Positions 1 to 12,253 of a stretch of DNA of 64,000 nucleotides are shown here, in pieces. A program made the position numbers and the translations under genes. The notes below the pieces were generated by a model that was given only the letters and a program-made list of their open reading frames with translations, did no database searches and was not told the DNA's origin. Origin of the DNA: Squalus acanthias (Eukaryota); contig CM059432.1 of the NCBI GenBank assembly GCA_030390025.1, positions 124,870,001 to 124,934,000 of the forward strand, in the 5' to 3' direction. Each line of letters opens with the position of its first letter. Position 1 is the first letter of the stretch.

Positions 1-460
1 TCCATCCTCGAATGGAGAATGTCTTCCCACAATGACTTATGTTTTATGGGTTTACCCTTATGATTGGTAAAGTTTGTTTGTTCCCAGAAAACTAGATCTT
101 GGTTATATCTTCTTTTACAATCGTCACTATCCGTACAGATTAATGTGGGTTTAATAGGGTCTGCCTTTTCTAAAGCATACCATAGTGCTGAGGCTTCAGC
201 ATATTGCGCTGTCTTATGGCCAAGGGGTATGGACAGTAATTCTTCGGATAAAAAGAATAGGAATCTCGAAAAGTCCCTACTACTATCCCCATCCCAGCTG
301 AGGATTGTTGGGATGTCCCTTTTTTAATCGTCATTGACAATCCATCAAAAATTATTACTTGGTCTTGTGGAGGTATAGGGATAGGATTATTTCCCCATAT
401 AAAGCAATCATGTGAATTTCCTAATAAAAAGACTTGGCCAATTCCGACAGGGTTTGCCAT
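1..460 (-). pseudogene. Foamy-virus-like RNase H ORF, first ORF of the ERV; two frameshifts; runs off the window edge
   Basis: ATG at 460 gives MANPVG...QVIIFDGLSMTIKKGTSQQSSAGMGIVVG. A frameshift near 245 gives LSIPLGHKTAQYAEASALWYALEKADPIKPTLICTDSDDCKRRYNQDLVFWEQTNFTNH, and a second near 55 gives GKPIKHKSLWEDIL. These match foamy RNase H motifs as I recall them (TDGS, AGMGIV, SIPLGNHTAQMAE, ITDS, KPLKH). Confidence 0.85.
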
Positions 461-701
461 TTTGAAAGGACCTAACCTCGGTTAGGGTTTAATATGAACT
501 TTATAAGCAATTTCTAGACCTCAATGGTATATTGAGGGAGTTCTGATTTAAGTTCTACAAGGCCTGATCAGGGACTTGTCATCTCTAGAGACTTAAATCT
601 GGGTCTTAGTACCACTGTCAGTAAAACACTCCTTCTATACTTAACAATCTACGAGATGGATATAGATATGAATATAAGTATAGGGTTCTGTATCAACTCG
701 T

Positions 702-719
702 GCCCCACGTTGGGCGCCA
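702..719 (-). promoter_or_regulatory. Primer-binding site for tRNA-Lys1,2
   Basis: Minus strand reads TGGCGCCCAACGTGGGGC, 2 nt after the LTR end (...CCTTCA GT). This is the PBS type used by foamy viruses. Confidence 0.95.
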
Positions 720-721
720 AC

Positions 722-1860
722 TGAAGGGGTAATTACTAGTCCTAGCCCCTTTAGGGCTACCCCGGATCAGGCGTATCCCTCAGACGTTCACTTTCAACTA
801 AAGTTTGAGGTAGCCGAATCCTAAAGATGCTTAATTGGGTCTAAAGGTCCGGACTATCTCTCCCTAAAGGAAAGGAACAACCTGAAAATGTTACCATCCT
901 CCAGATAGCACTTTTAATAAGTTTAGCTAGACTGTAATGTTCCGGATATTATGAGGGTCCAGAAAACTCCCCCACAATTCTGCAACTCCTCACCAAAGAG
1001 TGTACAGAGATTGAGTTTGCGAGTTTGATACAGAAGTCTTATGTGAGACAATTCTAAAAATATATAGATTTATTAAAGAACCAACATGTAATTTACAGTT
1101 GGTGAGTCAATTGCAACATTAACAGTTCCAAAAAGAGAAAGCTTACAATTCTATTATCAGAGAACCTTACTTTCAAATCTTAACTTCGCTACAGTTTTAC
1201 AGTTCTTAAAGTTCTATTCAGGATATCCACCTAAATCAAATACCTTTGATCCCCGATATACAAAGAGTTGGAAACTTACACAGCCACATCTGAAGCCGAG
1301 AATCGCTTTGCCCCTTTAAAGCGAGTCTGTTATCCCATTTGAGAGTTCAATATTTATACCCTTTTCCAGTGGTATTTCCTTTAAGGTTTTCTGCTGATGT
1401 AAGCTAATTATCTCTAGTCATTTTTCTGCTGACCCCTGCAATTCTTACAGTCACCTCAGCTGGTAGCATTACAGAATTATGTCTCTTCTCTAGGTGTTCT
1501 AAGTTTACCTTAAAAAACGGTGTAACGGCAGGTGTGTTTTACTTGATGTCATTTTTACGAAGGCAGATGTTTCTTACTTTTATGTGCTTCTTTACGAAGT
1601 GTAAATTAGAACACCTTGTACAGGGTGAACCATTGTTTCATTCCAAAAGGTTCAGACTACCGGAGCCTTTAACCTTCTGTTTCAATAAGGTTATTGATTC
1701 AGTGTCAACAACTATCTTATCTATAGCCAGAATGCTTTCACAGCTTTTTCATAGTTAGGTTTCTAGATTTCCAAACCCAGTTTGTCATGTTTTAATAAGG
1801 CCAGAATTCTTTCATAGAATGGTGTATTTTTTTAAATAGGTTATATGGCTTATTCCTTCA
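722..1860 (-). mobile_element. 5' LTR (1139 bp) of a foamy-like endogenous retrovirus
   Basis: Termini TGAAGG...CCTTCA form an inverted repeat. On the minus strand: TATAAA at 1358-1353, GTAAGT donor at 1279-1274, AATAAA at 1074-1069. The PBS follows directly, and the other end abuts a cut SINE. Confidence 0.9.
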
Positions 1861-2190
1861 CAGGAGGTGCCGTCTTTCAGATGAGATGTTAAACCGAGGC
1901 ACCATCTGTTCTCTCAGGTGGACGTAAAAGATCCCATGGCATTATTTCGAGGAAGCGCATGGGAGTTATCCCGGTGTCCTGGCCAATATTTATCCCTCAA
2001 TCAACATAACAAAAACAGATTATCTGGTCATTATCACATTGTTGTTTGTGGGAGCTTGCTGTGCGCAAATTGGCTGCTGCGTTTCCTACATTACAACAGT
2101 GACTACACTATAAAAGTACTTCATTGGCTGTAAAGTGCTTTGAGACGTCCGGTGGTCGTGAAAGGCGCTATAGAAATGCAAGTCTTTCTT
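1861..2190 (+). mobile_element. Deu-domain SINE (SacSINE1/AmnSINE-like), 5' part removed by the ERV insertion
   Basis: Core GTAAAAGATCCCATGGC...GGTGTCCTGGCCAATATTTATCCCTCAA and tail GCGCTATAGAAATGCAAGTC are shared with other copies in the window. The copy starts mid-element at the LTR boundary. Confidence 0.85.
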
Positions 2191-2194
2191 TGGT

Positions 2195-3330
2195 CCAAAC
2201 AGGGACAAAAGAGCTGAACTCCAGAGGTGGTGCAAGAGTGACTGCCCTTGACATCAAAGCAGCATTCTTACTCTGTGGGGTATCAAGGAGCCCTAGTAAA
2301 ATTGAAGTTCATGGGAATCAAGGGGAAAACTCTCCACTGGCTGGAGTCATACCTAGCACAAAAGAAAATGGTTTGGTTGTTGGAGGCCAATCATCTCAGC
2401 CCTAGGTCATCGCTGCAGGAGTTCCTCAGGGCAGTGTCCTAGGCCCAACCATCTTCAGCTGCTTCATCAATGACCTTCCCTCCATCATAAGGCCAGAAGT
2501 GAGGATGTTCGCTGATGATTGCAGTGTTCAGTTCCAGTCGCAACTCCTCAGATAATGAAGCAAGACCTAGATGACATTCAGGCTTGGGCTGATAAGTGGC
2601 AAGTAACATTTGTGTCATATAAGTGCCAGGCAATGACCATCTCCAACAAGAGAGAGTCTAACCACTGCCCCTTGACATTCAACAGTATTACCATCGCCGA
2701 ATCACCCACCATCAACATCCTGGGGGTCACCATTGACCAGAAACTTAACTGGACCAGCTACATAAATACTGTGGCTGCAAGAGCAGGTCAGAGGCTGGGT
2801 ATTCTGTGGTGAGTGACTCACCTCCTGACTCCCCAAAGCCTTTCCACCATCTACAAGGCACAAGTCAGGAGTGTGATGGAATACTCTCCACTTGCCTGGA
2901 TGAGTGCAACTCCAACAACACTCAAGAAGCTTGACCTCATCCAGGACAAAGCAGCCCGCTTGATTGGCACCCCATCCAGCACCTTAAACATTCATTCCCT
3001 CCACCACCGGTGCACCATGGCTGCAGTGTGTACCAAGGCTTCTTGGACAGCACCTCCCAAACCCGTGACCTCTACCACCTAACGGGCGCATGGGAAGACC
3101 ATCACCTCCAAGTACACACCATCCTGACTTGGAAATATATCGCTGTTCCTTCATCGTCGCTGGGTTAAAATCCTGGAACTCTCTACCTAACAGTACTGTG
3201 GGAGTACATTCACCACACGGACTGCAGCAGTTCAAGAAGGCGGCTCACCACCACCTTCTCGAGTGCAATTAGGGATGGGCAATAAATGCTGGCCTTGCCA
3301 GCGACGCCCACATTACATGAACAAATAAAA
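2195..3330 (+). mobile_element. 5'-truncated, decayed CR1-group LINE (RT C-terminus and 3' UTR)
   Basis: Broken frames give [42 protein letters not shown] and IYKAQVRSVMEYS. Confidence 0.85.
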
Positions 3331-3479
3331 TGTGACACTTAATTTTCTATTGTAAACGTGCATTAGAATTGTTCAAATTGTGTCTTCTCAACTTGCAGTC
3401 CATCTAATTGCCAAATTTGTATCAGCTAAAGTCAAAAGAAGGGAGTGTTGTAACAATAAGTCAAAGTGGGTGATTGGTC

Positions 3480-3800
3480 ATGTACAAAGACAAATAAGAT
3501 GTAAACAAAAATGTTTTTATAGCTTAAATATACATAATACACAGGAAAACAAAGACAAGTATCGTTATCAGTTTAAGAAAACTGAGGCTGCTATTAGATC
3601 AGCTAAAAGGTTATTGGAAAAGAAGATAGTGGACAACTGTGGGAGTAATGGGAAAAGCTTTTTCAGCTACGTTAAGAGTCAGAAGACCAGCAGAGACTGT
3701 ATTGGACCATTGAAAGAACCATGAAAGGACTCTCAGGGTATGGCAGAGATACTAAATGAGTACTTTGCATCAGTCTTTACTCTTGAAGAGAATGCTCGAC
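3480..3800 (+). mobile_element. CR1 ORF2 internal fragment
   Basis: IRSAKRLLEKKI...KSFFSYVKSQK...IGPLK, followed by MAEILNEYFASVFT. Confidence 0.7.
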
Positions 3801-3875
3801 TGATGGCATTAAATGGTGCTAGTGAAAGAGTTAATTTGAACTCACGTTAAATTAAAATGATAAATTCTCATTTTC

Positions 3876-4355
3876 TGTATGAAACCGAAGAAAGCCAGGT
3901 GGGAGATAAGGCCTGGTTGAGCGATGTGATACTTAGCAACAATCAAGGTCATGAACACAATGGAAGACTGTAAAAACCCAGACACTGGGCCTCTAACAGA
4001 TTGCATATACACGTCATTAATGCTTTAGTTTGCAACATAATTATTTAGTTTGAATTAAAATATAATGAATTAATGATTTAGCTTGAACTGACATAAATTG
4101 TTTAGAATATAACGAATTAATTGTAAGCTGTTTAAGTTTGAAATGGACATACTTGTAATCATGTGATATTTTGTAACTATGTGATTGGACAACTCTTCAA
4201 TAAAAGGTTGTCATTGACAACGAGGGGTCGAGAAGTTGAAGTCATCAGACCAAGCAAGGTTCTGTGACTCTTCTCCCAGGGATCTCTGAATATTAAATAA
4301 ACTGTTTCTTACTTTACCTATAAACAGACTGGAGTGAAATAATTTCTCCCTAACA
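3876..4355 (+). mobile_element. Possible small solo LTR
   Basis: TGTA...AACA ends, a TATA-like AATAAAAGG near 4200 and AATAAA near 4296. No TSD found. Confidence 0.3.
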
Positions 4356-4858
4356 CTGTTAACAGTAAAAATGTTAATATTAAAATAGACAAGGATATGA
4401 TCTTAGATAGAATAAGGAACCTTAAAATAGATTGGGTTCCCAGCCCAAATGATCCATCCAAGGGTTCCACATTGTCATGTAGAGCTGAGAAGGCACTGTC
4501 TTTATTTCCAAGGTTCAAACATCCTTCTTCAGAATAAGCACACCTACTAATCTTTGAGTAGTTTGGTTAGATCTGGTGTTTTTACTGAGAAATGAGCCTA
4601 CAATAAATCCCTCTATTGATGGATACACAAAAAAAGAGTTCAGATAAACAAAGACAGACTTGGTTCCAGTTTCTCTTTCTTTAGATGTAAATTTGGTACA
4701 AGACTTATATTTATATAGCCTCACAAGTGGAACTTGAACCCACAACCTTCTGACTCAGAGGTGAGAGTGCTACCACTGAGCCACAGCTGACACAATATCA
4801 TCAAATACGTTTGTTCAATCTTTCACGAGGATGCCAAGGTTGCAACAGAGGCCATCGG

Positions 4859-5257
4859 ATGTCAGCCGTGGTTCTTGCCACTGAGTCAGCAGGTTAGGAG
4901 CACAAATTCTAGGCTGACACTCCAGTGGAATACTGAGGGAGTACTGCACTGTCGGATGAAACGTTAAAGCAAGGCCCCTCTCAGGTAGACATAAAAGATC
5001 TCATGGCACTATTTTGAAGAAGAGCAGGGGAGTTATCCCCGGTGTGCTGGCCAATATTTATCCCTCAATCAGCATCACTAAAAACAGATTATCTGGTCAT
5101 TATCACATTGTTGTTTGTGTGGAGTTTGCTGTGCACAAATTGGCTGCTGTATTTCCTACATTACAACAGTGACTCCACTTCAAAGAGTACTTAATTGGCT
5201 GTAAAGCACATCCTGAGGTCATGAAAGGCACTATATTAATGCAAGTCTTTCTTTCTT
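4859..5257 (+). mobile_element. Deu-domain SINE, near full length (a reverse-strand SINE head lies at about 4720-4793)
   Basis: tRNA-like head, Deu core and (CTTT)n tail. Confidence 0.85.
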
Positions 5258-5260
5258 ATC

Positions 5261-5464
5261 AGATGTGGAGATGCCGGTGTTGGACTGGGGTGGACAAATG
5301 TGAGAAGTCGCACAACACCAGGTTATAGTCCAACAGTTTTATTTGAAATCACAAGCTTTCGGAGCGATGCTCCTTCGTCAGGTGAAGGAGCAGCGCTCCG
5401 AAAGCTTGTGATTTCAAATAAAACTGTTGGACTATAACCTGGTGTTGTGCGACTTCTCTCATTT
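5261..5464. mobile_element. Penelope family A terminal-repeat palindrome
   Basis: 75-bp arms at 5302-5376 and 5384-5458. Same sequence as the Penelope terminus at 22190-22318. Flanked by the direct repeat TTTCTTATCAGA (5252-5263 and 5462-5473). Confidence 0.85.
5349..5385 (-). ncRNA. Minimal type I hammerhead ribozyme (family A)
   Basis: TCAC-CTGACGA-A-GGAGC-ATC-GCTCC-GAAA-GC-TT-GTGA: both core boxes, stems I and II, and a palindromic AGCT stem III. Confidence 0.8.
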
Positions 5465-6077
5465 CTTATCAGAAGCAGCAAAGTCCAACTTCAGGCACGA
5501 GCTTCCCATGTGGAGCTAAAAACATACAAAAAATAACAGACAGGAGAAGACCAACTGGTCCATCCAGCCTGTCCCTTACAGTTGTGATGCTTTGTACATA
5601 CATATCCCACCCCACCCAGAAGCCTGGGAGAGGCAAAAAAAATAAAAACCCAGGCCAATTAAGAAAATCTGGAAAGTTCACATCTTCCAGAAATAGAACT
5701 TGCAAGAGAAGTTTCCAAAACAAGAATTTGCTCAGTCTCCTGCAAAGGAGTTTCCTCTGTTGTCGCCTCTCTCCTGGTTTCCTTCCACCAGTAGATGCTT
5801 CGCACAATCTGCATGGAGAAAATATAGCAAGACCTTGTAGAGTCATTAGTTGGAAATTTCCTCGAAGCTGCTGCCACTCTGCCGCTGCAACCTCACCAGA
5901 AGTGCGGCTGATGCCCGATTTCCGGTGAAGTTACAGCACTGGAGTAGCAGCAGCTCTGGGGGAATTCCCAACTTTTATCATTCTGCAAATGATAGCATCA
6001 CTCATGCACCTTTGGAACATGTCCAATCTTGCGTGGTTCCAAGGAATTATTTATTTTGTCAAAACACATTTGGATTA

Positions 6078-6530
6078 TAGAATGGTTACAGCACGGAAGG
6101 AGGCAATTCGGCCTGTCGAGTCTGCAAGAGCACTTCAGCTAGTCCCACTCCCCCGCCCTTTCCCCGTAGCCTTGCAATATTTTTTCCTTCAGGTACTTAT
6201 CCAATTCCCTTTTGAAAACCGTGATTGAGTCTGCCTCCACCACCCTTTCAGGCAGTGCATTCCAGATCCTAACCACTCGCTGAGTAAAAAAGTTTTCCTC
6301 GTGTTACCTTTGGTTCTTCTGCCAATTACCTTAAATCTGTGTCCTCTGGTTCTCGACCCTTCCACCAATGGGAACAGTTTCTCTCTGTCTACTCCCCTCA
6401 TGATTTTGAACACCTCTATCAAATCTCCTCTGCTCTAAGAACAACCCCAGCTTCTCCAATCTATCCACATAACTGAAGTCCCTCATCCCTGGAACCATTC
6501 TTGTAAATTTTTTCTGCACCCTCTCTAAGG
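6078..6530 (-). mobile_element. CR1 3' fragment
   Basis: QKKFTRMVPGM, LIEVFKIMRG, RTRGHRFKV, then 3' UTR. Confidence 0.9.
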
Positions 6531-6810
6531 ATTGCTGATCCCATCTTTATAAATGCCAAGACCTGCATTAAAGCTCAGCTTTTTTTGACCTATACTGGAT
6601 AGGCGTGGAAAGAATGCCACCATTCCAAAAATGAAGACCCTACAAAGTACCTATTTCATTATTTAAGCATTCATCATATACCATAGGAGGGTGCCATAGA
6701 AATTTATTTAGGAAAAGGGAGGCCCTATGAATGTGCCAAAACACATCTACTGAAAACATTGTCCTGGGTATTACCCAAACTTAAACAGTAATGGCTGGCT
6801 AGTGTGAGGG

Positions 6811-7445
6811 TGTAAGGAAAGGGTTAATTCATGATATCAGCTTTTCAAATGTATTTTAGTAATGTTCAGTTAATCTGTGGGAATTAGAAGTTACCAGATA
6901 GAGATGTTTAGCTGATAAAAAAAAGGCTGTAACTATTTGCAACACCAGATTTCTGATTGGTCAAAACGTTGCAAGTTCCCTTTTTCCTAGCCTCATAGGT
7001 CTTTCAGTTGCCCTGCCAGGACATGGACACAACGGTGTAAGACAAGTGCTAACGTCCCCTGTAGGGGTGCATTTGTTCATTAATCTCTCTCTAACTGTCT
7101 CCAGTTGAATGGGAGCTATTCTTGTTAAAACTGAAGTTTTCAAAGAGGGAGAACAGCTAATTGAATTTGGATTAGGTAGTGTAGAAACATCCAGTGGGGA
7201 AAAAAGGTATTAAAAGGGGGCGTTGAGAGATATCTCAGAATTCGTGAAGGTTTGACCAACCGACAACCTCGAGCTGTAACATCTGAATTCTCCGGTGAAC
7301 TCGCAAGGAATCGCCCTAAGTGTGCCGTTAAATGTATGTGTAATTGTTATCACTGTATGCTTAAAACTCTGTATATCAACAATAAATGCTTTTGAACCCT
7401 ATTAATTTGAGTAACAAACTTAAAAATAACATCCATCCTTTAACA
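6811..7445 (+). mobile_element. Probable solo LTR (635 bp)
   Basis: TGTAA...TAACA termini, TATTAAAAGGGG near 7208 and AATAAA at 7381. Flanks AGGG/AGGA are a 3/4 TSD match. Confidence 0.55.
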
Positions 7446-7736
7446 AGGAATACTTCACATAATGGCCATACAGACATTGCCAATGGAAATCTCACTTCGA
7501 GAAGCCCAGAAAGTAACTGTGGAAAAGGTAGACTGGCCCTTAACTGAAACTCTGGGACAGTTACGAATGCTAAGTGGTGAAATTTTGCTGTTCACTGCAT
7601 CATCAGAGTTACTCAAGGTTCTGTTTCCATATGTCAGGACTTTTACTTAAGTCCTGGGTTTGAACATGTAGGGATGGTTTTTCCATGGGGGTGCTCCCAA
7701 TCATTCATTTGCACCATTTCTCCAAGGTTTCCACAG

Positions 7737-7935
7737 ATCGGATGGAGATGTTAAACCGAAGCCCTGTCTTACCTCTCAGGTGGACGTAAAAGATCCCAAG
7801 GCACTTTTGAAGAAAAGCAGGGGAGTTCTCTTGGTGTCCCAACCAACATTAATCCCTCAACCAACGTCACTAAAACAGATCTACCGCAGTTGTTTATGGG
7901 ACCTTGCTGTGCACAAATTGGCGACCGTGTTACAG
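7737..7935 (+). mobile_element. Deu-domain SINE fragment
   Basis: GTGGACGTAAAAGATCCC core. Confidence 0.75.
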
Positions 7936-9042
7936 TAATAGGGGACTGGACTGAAAATATATTAAAGTGCACTGGGATAAGACAAAAGTGTGTGGTCAAA
8001 TGGAAAAGGGTACCATTTCCTTAATCTGTCTAAGTTTAGACGCTGCTGCCTCGTTGCCAGTACTGGGGAAATACCGGATTGGATGCATTTTGGCAGTTCC
8101 TTTTTTAAAAAGGGTAAAATATAGGGAAATTAGGCTTTTGTTAGCATAGAGGCATTCACCAGGTGAAGACAACAGCCATAGACAGGGAGAAGCAACAGCC
8201 ATTCAGTTACAGGTCCTACCTAAAAATCAGACCAGGTAATATAATTTCTTGCTCAGTTTTGTTAATTACTGCTTTGTTTTACTTCTCAAAATAAATTATA
8301 ACTCAATAGTGTCAGCTCTAAGCTATTGGACTAAAAAAAGTTTCTTACTCTACGGCTGTACCTATACCTCCAGCAAGCGCACACCCTATGCTTTTCTCAC
8401 TCTGGCCTCTTGTGCACACCCACCATTAATGGCAGCGCCTTCAACCTTGACCAGCCACACAAACATTCCCCATAAACACCTCCTGCCTTGCTGCTCCTCC
8501 TTCTCTTCAAAATCTCTCCCACCATCTCTTTCTTCACATCCTCTTACTTTTCCCATTTTATTGCTCAGCATGTTTCTCCTTTAAAAGCACGGTGGGCCAT
8601 TTGTGTTTTTAAACACAAGTTGCAAATTGAGCAATCAACTTCTAGGTTATCCTGATGAAAAGGCAGAAGAGAAGCTTTTCTGAGGAAGAGTTTCTATTCG
8701 AACATTCATTTGCATGGAAGCAGTAATTGGACAGTCAACCCTAACTTATTTTGATTTTAAAACTGTGGCCCATTTCTATATGCAAAAGACAAGCCCAGCC
8801 CAATAAATTACAAGACTTGAGCTCTGGTACTGTTTGTGCTCATAAAAGTCTCACTTGTGATAATGAACCTGCCCTACTTTCAGTAATAGGGATCATTTAC
8901 AAGTCCCATGCTGGAATCTCTCACCTGGAGGTCCCACCAGTTTACGCGATTACCTTTGAGAAAAGGGTGTATTTAAAACTTTACTCCTCCTCGGGGAGAG
9001 TCCATAGTTTGTGGATGGAGCAGGCTTCATATCCTGAATACG

Positions 9043-9220
9043 AGCGCAAAATACTGCAGATGCTGGAAATCTGCAAATATGCAACAGTTAACGTTTCAGG
9101 TCGATGACCTTTTGTCAGAAGTATATTTTTCCAGTTCTGATGAAAGGTCATCGACCTGAAATGTTAAATCTTTCTCGCTCTCTCTAGATGCTGCCTGACC
9201 TGCTGAGTGTTTCCAATGTT
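9043..9220. mobile_element. Penelope family B terminal-repeat palindrome with hammerhead motifs
   Basis: Inverted arms. Plus-strand GTT-CTGATGA-A-AGGTC-ATC-GACCT-GAAA-TG-TT at about 9134-9166, with a degenerate copy on the opposite strand. Confidence 0.75.
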
Positions 9221-9919
9221 GCGATAAATGAAGATATTCAGTCTGACTCACCTGGGGTTAGATTTTAAAATCAGTTGTCAGCCTGATCCCTCAGACAGGA
9301 GGCCCAGTCCATTTTGAGACGGGGCCTCTAACATACCACTGACGAGCTGCAGATACCTTGCTGCAGCTCTCATCGGAGGGATCAGGCAAACACTCGTTAA
9401 AATCGACCCTCCGGTGCAAAGTTCCCTCAAATTTTGTGCGTGCGCGGCCCCTGTAAATTTGCTGTGCGCCATCTTACAGGGAACAGCTTGAGTGGTATCT
9501 GCCAGATTGCTGCGCGACTGCGTACGGCTTAGAGGGAACACTGCCCAGGTGTCTTAAATAGTAAAACCATTTGATTTGCAACAATTACAGTCCTGTACCA
9601 TTTATCCATTTTAGACGTGCAGGCTATTTCCACATTCTAATTTTAAACTCAATCAGTAAAACCACTTCCTGATGAGAGAGATTATTCTTCACTGAAATAA
9701 ACACTTGCAGCAATATGGAACATTAAAAATATCATTTTCTTACTTGCCCCCCCCAAAATGTCAGTAACTCAGCACATGGAGAATTCAGACATCTGCATCC
9801 CACTATATGTCGGATCCTCTATTCTAGACCACCAAGATAGGGTTTTAACAAGTTACTCATATGAAATTTAAAAATGGAAAGATGCTTTGTACTCAAAAGC
9901 AAAAATCACGTGTATTAAA

Positions 9920-10049
9920 GGTCAACAGAAAATTTAATGTTTTATTTATACATCCTCAAGTATGGAAAGTACAGAAAGCATATCCTTTCATCTCCATTTC
10001 CCAGTGTGTGTGTGATGGAGGGGCAATCCTGCCACTCATTCCAAGTTTC
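9920..10049 (-). other. COX6C: Probable non-coding last exon of COX6C
   Basis: Acceptor TTTTTTTATTTACAG|G at 10050. AATAAA at 9946-9941 and ATTAAA at 9938-9933. Pairs with the donor after the stop codon at 12064. Confidence 0.55.
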
Positions 10050-12076
10050 CTGTAAATAAAAAAGGTTTAAAAGAAATTCATATTAATACAACTCAGGGAT
10101 GGAGATCAAGTCTTCTACCTCAAGATGGAAGCTGTTGCATGCAGGATCAATTCAACAGCCTACCACTAATCACCACTGGTTTTATTTTAAAGTTTTTACA
10201 CAAAAAAAGCATATAAACTAGGTTCATAAACATTTATAGTTTTTACATGTTTCTTTCCCTTGATTGCAATAATAAACATTATTGATGATCAATACAAGAA
10301 CAGCAGCTCTGTGTGCTGGATTGAACAAGTACAATCTCTATATTGTCTGTCCTCTATCAATTGACAAGAACAGTAACTCTCCAATATAAAGTTAGACTTT
10401 GGCATAGCTCTATCAGCAGTGGCAAAAGCTTGCAATCCCACCCATTCAGCTAAAAAGGGAAGAACTGCACAGTTGGCTGCGCCTTAGCAAGCTGCAAAAC
10501 TCACTCAACACGTGCTGTTCACGATTGAGATCTTTCACATAGTGCAATAGTCTAATGCAATAGTCTACTTGCCAGACATTTATATACAAGCTGCAGTCAA
10601 TCTGTCCCACTGCTATGCCAAAAAGATCTCCCAAGTTGGCTGAAGGAAGACACAATAAACACAGCCTGGTGACAATTCTCTCTTCAATTATCCCCATCCC
10701 TTGTAAAGCACCTAGGCCTTTGCTTGGCACCTTCCCATAGCAACAACAATGCTCAGGAACATGGTTTAAAGAGGGAAAAGCAGAAAGGTGGGAAAAGTAT
10801 ACATTACACACTTGGTCCTCCAAAGCTACGGCCCAAAAATTGCTGTCAAAGTAACAATGAGGCTAATGGCACTTGCCATTATTTATGTGCAAATGCCACT
10901 GCAATTTTAGGAGAGGGCAAATGTGCGATTAAACACAGAAATTGAAAAGCTGCCGTCGGAGATACGCTGCTCCACCATTAGCTTTGCGGAAACGGCATCT
11001 CGCTGTCTGGCTCCCCATTCAACTGCATTGAGCACGTGAAGTTGCTGTACTTGCACAGTAGTACCAAGTAATCTCACCACAGAAAGTCAAGTCAAGTCAT
11101 TGCACCCTTTTAATGGCGTGATAAGTGCTAATTACTGCCAGTCAACTTGCCACTGAAAATTAACTAATACAAGTGTGGAATTTCATTCTCTGTTTTACTG
11201 AGTATTTTTTAAATAAATGTATTAAAATTTTTTCTGTGTGTCTTTTCTCAATCCAATCTTTTTACCTGATTTGACATTGAATTCACTGATTCTAACTTAC
11301 ACTAGTTCAGATTGTGCTCTGTTAATTTCAGAATCCTTCAATTGGATTGGTTAAGGAGATACACTGTTGCTTACCCTGCTCACTCAGGTCCCAGATGCCC
11401 TGTAGAGGGCGCGCACCATTTCCATCGACATTAAATGGGCAAGTCTAACTAACAGGTGGCGTTCGTTGGCCTGCCACAGCAATTTTTGGGACTCTTTGTT
11501 GTTGTAAAGTTATTCGGCATATTTTAAAACCACGATACTTTATATGTGCTAATCATAAGCTGTACCTACAGGACCCAAGTTTCAGATCCCGCCCTTCTTT
11601 TAACATCAGCTTTGGCAAGAGTGTAGTGTATACTGGGGAAAGTGATACCAGATTCATTGCATTCTAGTCCACCACAAACTTGTGAGCGGAAAATAAATTG
11701 CTCAGTGGCAGTTTTAGCAAGTGTATTGCAATAGCAATATCCTTGATTCAATTAATGACTTTAATGAAAATATTACTAGCCAATAATCATGGGATTACCT
11801 TCCTCAGTCACCTTTTAAGTTTTTATACCAAAAACTGGGCATCACTTAATCACTACTTCCTGATTTACCAAGTCTTCTATTCAACCGCGACATCCTCCAC
11901 TATGGAGCTGGCCCTTGTTTTCTCAAAAAAAAAGCTGCAGAATTGATTTCCCTTCTCCCAAAATTATCTATTAAAAACTGCTTCAACGGCAGTGTTTCAT
12001 TTTGAAGAGCTGTTGAGACACAAGTGAACCTATACTTGCATTTAACGGCGATTGAAAGAATTACCTTTGCAAGAAT

Positions 12077-12253
<177 letters not shown>

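Noticed and set aside
170..460. Gag N-terminus, as expected from its position after the PBS
   Set aside because: The motifs are those of RNase H and no Gag features are visible.
4720..4793. tRNA gene
   Set aside because: tRNA-derived SINE head without a complete cloverleaf.
1900..9900. VPS13B 3' exons, expected from mammalian synteny
   Set aside because: No recognisable exon found.
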